From NCBI GenBank assembly GCA_964276515.1, contig OZ193910.1:1984001-2048000 (forward strand): a stretch of DNA of 64,000 nt, written 5' to 3'. Source of the DNA: Gordius albopunctatus. Taxonomy: Eukaryota. Shown here in pieces: positions 14,201-26,076 of this stretch (position 1 is the first letter of the stretch; every line of letters begins with the position of its first letter). The translations under genes were made by a program, and so were the position numbers. Under the pieces are notes generated by a model, which worked only from the letters and a program-made list of their open reading frames with translations, was not told the DNA's origin and did not search any database.

Positions 14201-17200
14201 TTATCTGACAAATAATTCTGACGAAGAAGTTTACACTGAACAAATAATATGCTTTCTGTTATTTTCCCTAGTTATCCAAATTTTAGGATAAATGAGGCTA
14301 AAGTCGCAAAAAATGGTCTTATAAACCTTTTTTAAGGCTATATTCTCAGGCTATTTTAAATTTATTTTTGCGTAGTACTTTATTAGCCTATACACAATCT
14401 ATTGATCTTTATGTCACCTCTGCTTTTAGTTTTATCAGCGTATATAGAGTAGAAATAACCATTAAAAACATCCCAAGGCTTTCAATAGATTCCATGCTTA
14501 GAAATGAAAATTATGCAATATTCAATGTAAATTAATAAATATAGCTTGTCTTGAAACTTAGTTAGAAATAATTAAATACATTTTTTGTTGTTGAATTTCA
14601 TACTAAAAGCATAACTTTGCAAAAATTAAGGTTTCTCTCGTATGATCATAGGAATTTCGCTAAAATTATTTTTAAAAAAACAAAAAAATCAGATTATATA
14701 GCAAAAAAAAGAACTTAGATATTAAATTTAAGGTTCTACAATTATCGAAACAATTTTTTTCAAGCATTCTAATTTTATTTAAATATCTATAATAATTTTA
14801 TTTTTTTCCGCATTTAGTACCGTGGTTTTTGATTGGCCACCTCCTTTTACTTTTTCCCCTTCTGTTATAAAGTAGTCGTCTAACGAGAGAATCTTTGGCG
14901 TAGTTACATTCTTGGCTACAGCTATATCCTAAAGTAAAAAATATATTTAATAGATTTTAAAAATATGTGGATTTAAATTATTATATAGTAATATTTCAAA
15001 AAATCAATATTTATCCTAAAATGATTAACCTTATTTAAAGATAGAGAAGACATATAATAGAAACTAAATCCTAATGGCAATTTGGAAAAAAATAAAGTAT
15101 TTTTAAAAAACTTTGTTTAAATAAGAAGCTGATGGAGCCTCTCAATAAAAATGCAAAATAAATACATAAAACTTTATAATAAAATCATAATTTTCATGCA
15201 TATCTAGAAATTTTCAGATAGTGCTACTTTTAATACCAACTAAACTTTTATTTTAATTTAACCTTATAAAAAATAAGATGTTAAAATATCAAAATTTGCC
15301 AATACATATTAATATTTTATAATCTCATTTCCTAATAATTTTTTCTCTTCTAATTTTTATGGCAATAAACTTAGTAAAATTGTTAAAGAGGTCTTACTTT
15401 AATCCGTTTAGCTGTGTAAGATTTACCAGCCCCGGGTAAACCTCGCAAAACGATAAATGTTTTGGGCATTGGTTTAACAAGTATTTCATCTATGGCAATA
15501 CACCTACCCAACAATACTCACATTAGGAAAAATGTCTGTCTGTAGAACATTTTAATTTTTTATACATATAAATCTACAAATTCTAATAACATTTATTTAA
15601 ACTTTTAAAATTAAAGCAACCCATTTCTAACATTTTCTTTTACACATACGTAGATGGGTAAAGCTAGAATTAATATTGTTTTCATTTAAATTTAGGCTAT
15701 AATTAGATTTAGTCTATATGATAGGTTTTGATTGAAGAGGCAACCGAGATCAACTTATAGGAATAAAGGTTTAAATTTTTGTTGCCCAATGATTGTGAAA
15801 CCGTTAATAATTGATTATTCAATACATGGTATTTTAATAAACTCCCATTACAAAACATTAATAAGCTCAAACAATATCTAAAAAACCAGTCTTAAATTCT
15901 GATAACAAAATCCTGTTTTATAAAAGAAGTCATGCCATTTTTGTAGATTAAAAAAAACTTATTTGTTGATACCAAATAGCAAAATTTTTAGGATAAAAAT
16001 TGCTTTTGTACAGAAGCCGTGCTTAAAAATTAAAAAAACTTGTTAAATTTTTTTACACTTAAGCATTAGTTTCTCATAGCTAAAACAACCATTATTGATT
16101 GATTTCCTACAACAATTTTCAATCCTTCAAGCCTCACTTCAACTAGTATTAAATTATTATTGTTTTTTTCCACTTTTCAGCCTACAAAAATTGAACTAAA
16201 TTGTTGATAAAAGGGGGGGGGGATAAAACTATACCTGACAGCATCAGGGCACTCATTAAAAGATTCGGACTGACCCCGTTCATCATCAATCGATATGTTA
16301 TCGGGGTAGAATGGATATTGATCAATATCGGAATCTCAATGCAAACAAAAAACAAACACTAAATAAAGCCTTCGGGTAAAACTAAATTTGCTTTCTAACA
16401 TTAAATCAACTTAGCTCTCAACCAATTTATAATAAAACTGAAAAATAGAGTATTTTGAAACATTTATTTCTACAAAACTGCCCCAAAAATTATATTACAA
16501 AGCGTGGATATTGGTCGAATATAGAGGATACATATCATCAGTACAATGTCATTCAATGTAAACGCATATACAGTGTACATACATAATTTACATGGTGTAT
16601 GACATACAAAATTATTTGAAATGATCGAAATCAATAAAAATCATTTTATATAGTCTAGCGATTGATATCGATCAATCAGTTTGGTGAAATTGAATGCGCC
16701 TGGTTCATCTATTTAAACATACCACACAGTCTTGGCTAAACTCAAATTAAGGCTCTAAATACGTATATATACAGTTGGTTTAACGATGGGTGCGATGGTG
16801 GAGATTATTAAAGCTAAAATAGGCAACGATCGATATTGGGGTAAAGTAAAAATGGGCTATAATTCCACAAGTTCACAAATATTGACTTTGTGATTCCATC
16901 CCAAAATTAGAGCAATAATTCGGATAGAAAATTTTACGCTGAACATGAATTTGTTTTTCAAAACTTCCATTTTTGAGATAAACGAGGTTAAAGGTGCAAA
17001 AATTGCTCATTTTAACGTTTTTTGAGGCTATATTACCACGGCATTTTCCATTTATACGGGAAAATATTAATTTATTCCTGTAGATTAGAATTTCATTTAT
17101 AGGTGCAAGGGAGTGAGAGATATGTTAGTAAACGTCGCGTAGGCAGTATGTACTCTAAAAAATTAGTTTTCCAATCATAGTGGAATCAACTTTGATAAGG

Positions 17201-20200
17201 GAGGGTTCACGTAAACGCGTATAAATTAATATATGGGTGAAACAAAAAAACTAAAATAATGGAGCTACAGAAGACACTTTAATCTACAGGAATAAATTAA
17301 TATCTTTTAAGTGGGCATTTTTTGCACCTTCAACTTCGTTTATTTAAAAAACTGGAAGTGTCGAAAAAAGGTAAAACCATATTATTGTTGCGATATTCTC
17401 TATCAGTATTATATGTCCGATTGCAGGATGGTTTTTTGTGGACATATGTTATTTGAAGTGTTCCAAGGCCGAATTTTATCACTGGCTTCTTTAAATGCAT
17501 GTTGCTCTCGGTTAAAATTGCGTAATAAAATTTAAAAAGACTAGCCATCGTAAAATGTACCTATAAGCATACTACAACTACATTACATAGTTAAAAGAGC
17601 GTATTTTAAAAGGGAAATAAAAAACGTAGAATTCAATATTGGATTGTTGCCCATTACTGCTCAGTGCAATGTGTAAGAAAAATCAATTACTGTTGGATTT
17701 ATGATCTCCCATGCCGTGCCCTGGTCCCTGATGCCTAGAATCGATAAAAGACGATAAACTAATAAAATTGCATATTAAAATGGACGTTAATACAAATACT
17801 GGAAATATATATATATAAGGACGTAAGAAAGGATAAAAATTTCAATAATCGTAAATTTCAATGCTAAGTTAAATCATTAAATGTTCCGTGCCAAATCAGC
17901 ACGTCGCCGTTAACTTAAACTCACCCATATTTTTGCTGCATATGACGAGGTGGTCGACCGCCCTGCTAAACGGAATAGGCAAAATTCGTGTTAAATTGGT
18001 ACGATTTGAGATAAATATCATGTTTTTTATCCGTAAAAAGCACATACATGGCGTAGACAGTGTTTGGATTAGGGGGGGGGTAATAATTTAGAGGGGCAAA
18101 ATGAAAACTTTTCAAGATTTTCGCCATAATTTTAATAAATATCAGCATTTTTTAGATTTTGAGGGGGGCAGCCGCCCCTTAGTACCCCTCCCCCCTTGGT
18201 TACGCCCATGAAGAATATTTAGTAACGTGTGCTTACGAAAGATGTGTTGGAATTGAAGCGGGGTTGTCCAGGTCTGAATGGGGGCCGGGTACCGCCCACT
18301 TTGTAAGGGGGCATAGACATCATCCCACCACCACCTCCTCCTCCTCGGAAATTCTCGTTGCCAAAACTATTAATTTAATATATATATATATTGATTCAAC
18401 TTTCGACAAAGCCCAGTGGTAAACTAAAGCCAAAGGTCGACCAAACTAAACCCAGCCGTTTTTACTACACTACAATGCACATACGAATGATACTTTTGGA
18501 GATCTTATTAAAGCGAAATTACTCCAAGCTCATGTAATAAATGTAAAAAACAAAAATGTCAATATGATCCTATATTAATAAACATGTACAACTTTACAAA
18601 AAAACCTTTAAAAATATCCAAAACATCGCGCATTATAAGATACTAAAGGTTATTACGAAAATTTATTAGAATCGTTTTAAATTACCCAAAGCTTTGATTT
18701 TTCCCTGAAAATGAACGAGATGTGGTTGGCGATCGAGATCGAGAGCGCGTGGGGTTAGGGCCACCGTTACGAGGGTAAGGGAAAGGCCGACGCCCGAAAG
18801 GCGGGCCCCCTACAGGAAATGGTGGGCGATTTGCAAAAGGTCCACCACCCCTCGGACCCATACCTGCTGGAGGGTGAGAAAAACGGGGTGGGCCCGCGGC
18901 ACCCCTGAGGCGCATCATCATCATCATAGCGGCGGCGGGATTAAAGGGAGGGCGGGGCTGAGTGTAGTGAGAGGACGGACCGCCCATCATTCCCTCACCC
19001 CCAAGGGTGTCGCCATCTTGAATTTGACCAGTGAGGCGGGGTCCGCCCATCAAGGGTGGGGCCGCAAAGTTGCCGAGAGATGACTGGGTAATGCAAAAAA
19101 AGTTAACAATTATTAAATGTTTGGATAGTAAATAACATCAATCGTAACTGGCATTCAATCACTACCATCTAGGGGGTGGCCATGCTATAAAAGATAGCCG
19201 AACATATTTAGCTAAATTAGTCGCTAATTAGAATCACCGCTAGATGGCGGTAAAATCTTGTCGAATTATTAAGATAAAAGAGGTGCAGAGGGTCGATTGC
19301 AAGAGTGGCGAAAGCATATACGTGGTAAGAAGTTTCATGCTAAGGAAAGAAGGAGAGGCAAAGGGCGTTCTCTTTCAAAAGCTTCGATTGATAACCCTGC
19401 CTCTCCTCCTACTAGTGTGCGGGAGGGTAGCCAAGATGTGCAAAGTTAAAGGAAAACGCTGTAAATCATGATTTTTACCGCTTGAAAGGCGGGCGCGTTA
19501 TCGCGGTTCATACGGTGCTCCTGAAAGCCGTTATTGCCGCCCTCATTGTCGTACTGATCATCTCGGACGGCACCGGTATTATCGTTACCGTTATTATTAT
19601 TGTTGGTGGTGGTGTCGTTGTTGCTAAAGCTATCATTTTGCGGCACCGGTTGGCTCCACCGGGAGGCCTTCTTTCGTTCTCCCGTCGTCGAAGCGCTTAG
19701 ACTACTCAAACTGGCGCCGTACGTGAATTGGCCGGTGGGTTGGAAGGTGGGCAACCCCTTTTTGGCGGCCATATTGAATGTGGCATTATTGTCGTTGCTG
19801 GTCGCCTCGTCGAAGGGAACACGACTGCTGTTGAAGGCGTTGCTGTTGCTGTTGTTGAGTGGAGAGAAGGAGGCGGAGGGAAGGGGTAGGCGTGGCCGTA
19901 TAGGGCCCGCGCTGCTACTGTTGTTGTAGTTGAAAGCGGGGCCCGGGCCCCCTCCTCCCGCCCCGGCACCGTAGCTATTTCCGTAATTGCCGATACCTAC
20001 GTGCGGTGATTGAAAAAACGTGAACTATTTTACACCTAACCTCAAAACTTAAATGTGCAAAGTACGAAACTTTGAAATTTGTTTTGAAACCAACAACCGC
20101 AGCCCGAATTAATGGTTTAACAACGAGAGGCGGAGACGTCAATTATATTATCTTTTGTTGTGTTAGTGTAATCAAAGATGTTCACGGGTTTATCTAAATA

Positions 20201-23200
20201 CAAGTTTTTTAGAGTACACACCAAAGTCGAACGTTCGCTATTTGAAAATACACAGTCGAGGATTCGGGGTCGATGAGTTCTCGTTACAAATTCGATTACA
20301 ACCTGGTGCTTTCTATTAGTTTTTAGTCTTGTGTGTTTACCCATGTGAATACGTTAAAATACTTGCTCCAAAAAAGAGTTAAAACGGCTGGAAGGGATAA
20401 TTGAGAGCAAATAAGGGAAACACATAACATTTTCTAATAACGCACAACTAGCCCGGCCCAACGTCGGGCCAAAAATTAAAATTTAAACGGGCTTCGGGTC
20501 GGGCCCGAGTAAAAAATATTTTGGGCTAGGGTCGGACTCGGGCAAAATAAAATAAAGTGTCGGGTTGGGGCCGTGCTCTAACAGAAGAAATACACAACAA
20601 AGGCGAGATAGATATCAAAAAGACTAGCCATACCAGGAGCATTGTAGCTAGGGTTGGGGGGGCCGTCATTATTGTAGCCATCATCTTGGTATCGCTGGTC
20701 TTCGTTAGATTCGTAACTTCGAGGCCCGAAGTTTCCGGGGTTATAGACATCACCAGGACCACAACCACCGAGCGGGTTTGAGGTTTGTTGGTAACTACTA
20801 TTGGCAAAATTGCCCTTGTTAGGGTAATTGTAATCGCTAGCGTAAGAGTTGTCGTTAAAACCCGGCATCGTCATGTCATTATTATTATAAGATGGTTGCT
20901 GAGCCATGGAGGGTGGTGGCATTTGAGTAGGCTGCTGGCTAGTCTGGCCCGTCATGGGATAATTTGCTTGTTGACCGGGTTGCATCATGCTAGCTCCACC
21001 CGGGACGGATCCTGTGATGAGAGCGAGAAAGAAACGAAGTTTTAAAACTCAAATTTTTACGAAATTCCACTTTTCTCGTGATTACTACAATGCCCGTTGT
21101 TTATGTCGTATAGAATGAAGGCGTTGCTATAAAAAGAGACCTGGACTCTGTGTCTAGGCAACCGTGGTGCTAGTGGACTAAACAAAAACTTTTAGTCAGC
21201 TTTTCTTAGTCGACCTTTAGGCAAAATTTGAAAAACAGACCAGAGGGTTTTGGTCTGCATTTGTGAAGTCAGCCATTATTAATCTTGCTAAAAGCAAAGG
21301 TGGACTAAACAAAACCCAGGCCATTGTACTACACCAGAATCAAGTATTCAAGGCTGAACAAAACTCTAAAAACAAGCGCTGCAAGTTAAACTGCTGCACG
21401 CTATATACCAATCTTGTAAAACGAAATGAGTCTATTGGACCTCACACGAACGACTATTCTACACATTTACCTATTCAATCCTATACTATAGCAACGAACA
21501 AATTTGAAAGTTAAGTACCTGCAAAGTTATTCATGCCCATGCCTTGAGGGGGCATTGGACCCCCTGCTCCATACAAAAACTGATTAGTACCACTTGGGTT
21601 ATTATTTGAAAAGGCATTGTTGGGTGGTTGATAAGGGTTTGGGGTGGCATTTGAACCCGGGGTGGTTGTCTGGGCATTGAGTTGGGCCAACACTTTTTGG
21701 ACGGCCTCCTTCTTGCCCAATATCTCAGCTCTCTTCCCATTCATTTGAGTTTTCCACTGACTCCATTGCTCTTCGTACTGCTTGAATTGCTCCTTGTTTG
21801 GGTGGTTTTTGTTTTGCTCCTTCCACTGATCAAATTGCTTTTCCCACTCTTGATATTGCCTAAACATGCAAATTTATTAGTGCTACAACTAATTAATGAT
21901 GGCTCAGGGTGAAAATTTTAATTATTAAGTTTTTCCATAAACGATTAAAAAATATCAAAAGGAGTGATTAAATTCATTTGAGTGGGAATTTAATAGGGCT
22001 TTGTAAATATTGTAAAAAATTGATTATCATTTTGAAGAGTGTGCCAGGTCTTGAAATCATAAAACAAACTTTGCAAATTAATAACAAATAAAAAATAGCT
22101 TGGTGCCCAAAAGGTTTTTGGAATAAATGTGCATTGGAAACAAAAATTAAAAAGCACAAAAATCTGAGGGGAAAATTAACATAAAGGAATATAAAACGTT
22201 TTTTCAAACACTTTCTCAACTTAAAAAAGGGTTAGCTTATGAAATGCAATAATTGCCACGCAGTCATAATCATAAGTGTTGCTGCATTAATAATATGTGT
22301 TCATAAGTTATTTAAAAGAAGATTATAAGCAAAATTTATTAAATTTTGGTGCCAAAAAAGCATTAGTCAATAAACGTACCCCACTATAAATCAAATATAA
22401 ATAGATTATGCTTCTATTACTAAATAAAATATTATTAAAAGCTTGGCTTAGCCAGTAGAATTATACTTTCCCTCAACTCATGATAGTTAACAAATACCAA
22501 GTATTGTTTAGATAAAAAAGCTAGTTGTCCCACTCACATCTAATGTATAAATTCATCCTTCTTTCCTGAGAATTAATTTGACAAACATAATCTAAATATG
22601 TGTGTGTGTGCAGAATTATGGTATTTAAATTACTTGGCAGCATATTTCCCCACAAGGCCCCTGCCTCTTTGTAGAAGGTTCAACCTTTTTTTCAGCTGAG
22701 AACAGGGTAGGGTTAACTAAATGCAATTTTTGTGTGTGATTTAAATTAAGTGGATAAATTATCATTAGCTAAATAAGAGGATTTTAATTGACTGCTTTGT
22801 TTAATATATGCTAAAACTATTTGTAATAAAAGAGATTTAAGGTTAACATTTTAAATCAGTTTATCATAATTAAATTTCATATTTGATTTGTTATGATACC
22901 ATAAATTGCATAGCAATTAATAATAAACATTAATACAATTACTTAATTACAATAAATTTTATTCAAGTCATAAATAGCCTAATACTTTTAGAAATTATTT
23001 TTTCACATTATATAAATTATCAACAAAATTAACTAATTAGGGTATATTGGAAAAAATAATTTATTTACATTCTTGCTCTTTGAAATTATCAATTTAATGC
23101 AGAAATAAGAATTTGTTATAACCATGTGTAGCACCAAGTAAACATTTGGTCTTTTATCTACCCAGAAATAGGTTCAATTTAGCTTTATAGAAGTCATATA

Positions 23201-23909
23201 ATTTAATGTCAGGTCAAACAAATTAAAATTCTTAGCATTAGCTTTGCCAGAGACAAAATAAAACTACAATTTAAAAAATGTTATGAGGCATTTATATAAA
23301 TTGTTATTTAAAAATTGTAAATGCAGCAAGGTGAAAATTAAATCAAGTTTAAAAAAACATCATAGCTAATTAAATAAAGGTTTATGGTAAATATATAACT
23401 GGATTAATTTTTAAATATATTTAATGGAATACAAATCCAAATAAACAATTTAATTTAATTAACATTATGGTTGCTTATTACTTATCAAACTCCTCTTCTT
23501 CTTTTTTAATAGCTTCAAGCTCCAGTGTTTTATCATTTTTTGTTTTAAGTTGCTCAGGTGTTAAGGCTACACTCAAATTAGGAGCAGCCATTTGGGGGTT
23601 GTTTTGGTTGAGCCATTCTTGCATCTGTTTTTGCTGCTGCCATTGTTGAGCTTGCATTTGAAGTGACATTAGTTTTTGATCCTCAGTATTCGACGCATTA
23701 GATACCTAATGGTAAATGAAAACATTTTCAAAAAAAATTACCTCTTTATTTGAATTATTTTGGGGTGTCATATTAAGGTTTGGAGGAATTTGTTGGCCCA
23801 TCATTTGTCCCTGATTTTGCCAATAAAATGGAGGTGCACCTTGAGGTGGCATTCCTTGCCATTGTGGGAAATTTGTTGGTGGTGGGGGCCCACGCCATGT
23901 AGGAATCAT
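11234..23909 (-). CDS. YLPM1: YLP motif-containing protein 1 (ZAP3): P/Q/G-rich N-terminus, P-loop kinase-like domain, PP1-binding RVRW
   Basis: ATG 23909. Exon ~21518-21860 FRQYQEWEKQFDQWKEQNKNHP; P-loop FIVLRGLPGAGKS (~15398-15503); ILSLDDYF (~14820-14929); MEYKFEAELL (~13800-13977); KLDG..MEDYLQLPDDYDTRA..GKKR (~11848-11975); last exon VRWADVEERK..AMGFVMGQTDW..ALNRTKYI* with TGA at 11234-11236. Phase-compatible small exons at 18236-18366, 17925-17965, ~17691-17733 and ~16234-16325. Confidence 0.93.
14076..14168. mobile_element. 93-bp GC-ended MITE (CATGGGCGTA family) in a YLPM1 intron
   Basis: TIR CATGGGCGTAA / TTACGCACCCATG; perfect 8-bp TSD TCTAAAAC at 14068-14075 and 14169-14176. Confidence 0.85.
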
Positions 23910-24659
23910 TAGAAATTTTAATAACAATGGCCGTTTGTGAGCGTCTAATTTGTGTAAATTTGATTTTAAAAATTTATAGTTATTTTTGGATTAGTGGCAT
24001 AAAATAGTTGTAAAATAATTTTTTAATTAGCCTGATTTAGGAAAAGTAATGAGATATTAATGCTATTTGACAGTACGCTAATACATAAATTTATTAAATA
24101 TCAAAAATACGTACTAGGTTTCAAACGCTAATTCAACTTAGCTTATAAACTTGTAAAAATATTACAAACGGTTCTCGTTAGATTCAATTTTTAGCTATGC
24201 TATATTTCACAAAACCACGGATATATCTGAAATTTCTACCCACCTCATAGATTTATCTAATTGCAATTATATAAATATTAAATTACGACCATATAATGTA
24301 AAGTTTTATATTGTTTACTGGAGTGTGCCATATGTTACCCAACATGATATTTAAATTAAGAATTCAATATCGCTATACTGAATGGTGAATGTAAGTTTAT
24401 TATATATAAATCTAGGCCTGTGTTAAGACTAATACCTTAAATGTAAATCATGCGAATTAAAATGAACAATAACTTACTAAAATCTAACAATAAAAAAAGT
24501 CGAGATCTCGCCGAAAAAATCCCGTATCGTTTCGTCTCGACATCAAAATTCTCGTCTCGATCTCGACTCCATTTTCCGAGACGAGACCGAGATTTTTCTC
24601 GGTTTTTCCGCATCACTACCAACACTGTAGGATCAAATAACTGATAAATAAGCATAATT

Positions 24660-25543
24660 CAGGCCTGTGTTCCGTTGTACAACCCAAATCGCTCTCGACA
24701 TGTGGAGCTCTTTGTCCGAGCCTAACACTCCATCCCTATCATAAACTCTCAAAAAGTTTGGAACACTCCTCTCTACGACCATGCCCTTAAAACTCTTATA
24801 TCGGGTGCATCGTTGGAGGAGTTACCAGCTTTAAGAATTTTTGCATCAAGGTCCGGCCGCGAGTGGTTAGAGGCCATCCCAAGTCGCACTCATGACCTTC
24901 AACTCTCCAACAACGAGTTCAAGATTGCAACAGGGCTCCGCCTAGGATGTGATATAGTTTCCACTCATCAATGCAACTTATGTGGTTCACCTGTCGGTAC
25001 AAAAGGTCACCGTGCCCCGCATTGAAAATTTAATAAGGCCAGATTTCTACGGGCACACATCTGTTAATTCTCTTCTACAGAAGACATTCAAAAAGGCGGG
25101 GTATCCCTCCCAATCGGAGCCTATTGGTCTTTGCCTTAGCGACAAGAAGAGACCTAATGGACAGACCCTCATCCCATGGGCAAAAGGGCTATGCCTAGCT
25201 TGGGACTACACTTGTCCGGATGCCTTTGCTCCCTCAAACCAAAACAAAGACCCCCTTGTTGATTCTGAAAGATTAAAGTCCGCTAAATACGCAGAACTTA
25301 ATTCCTCACTGCTTTTCACCCCTATAGTGACCATTACCCTTACAACAATAGGTCCTAAAACCCAAGCCCTTCTGAAAGAATTGGGACGCCGTATAGCTGC
25401 CAATACCCTTGACAATACGGAAACTTTTTTCATTAAATAGAAAATCGGAATCATTATTTGTCATTTCAACGCTATCGCAATTTTCGAATGTTTACCTCGC
25501 ATATGATTTTTATGTTTGTTTATAGTTTCATTTAATAAAAAAA
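24660..25543 (+). mobile_element. 3' remnant of an RLE-type (CRE-like) non-LTR retrotransposon with poly(A) tail
   Basis: LRLG..HQCNLCG (Zn knuckle), H..VN, KRPNG(PDG-like).TLIPWAKG..LAWDYTCPD..APS, KSAKY, LLKELGRRIA; frameshifted; ends TTTAATAAAAAAAA at ~25531-25543. Confidence 0.75.
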
Positions 25544-26076
25544 ACATATTAACTTGCAACCATCTATAGACTCTATGCAACGATCATACTTTTGTACCAA
25601 CATTTTTAACCCAATATATTTTTCATTAGAATTCAACCCTTAGGTAGAATAAATTCTTAGAATAATTTAAATTTATTTAGCTAAATACCGGAGAGAAAGG
25701 AGACTATTATTGAAGCCTTAATTGTATATTTATAGATAAATTGTTATATACTTTTACTTAATGCTATAAAAAACACAAAACTTTAAGCCAATTTTAAGAA
25801 CGCTAAGTAAAATGTTTAAATGAGTAAACATAGTCATATTCGAGCTTACTCCATCATAGAAATCTCTCTCCTTGATTTGTTTTGTAAAACAAGCTTTATA
25901 ATATTCTTTGTTTGCAAGATTTTATTGAAACAATTAGGTGCATTTTATAATTTAAATACTTGTATGAGCTTTGCATCACCCCCTTTACGTTGCCTAATTC
26001 TTGCTCTGAATTAAGCAAATAAATTTTCAAATAAATGAATAATATTGCATGGGAAAGCGATCTCAATACCTATTAT

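Noticed and set aside
18874..21912. Plus-strand ORFs of 69-109 aa over YLPM1
   Set aside because: Antisense shadows of GC-rich YLPM1 exons. The same applies to shadow ORFs over the chitin-binding-like genes, HLX, PC2 and the RTE.
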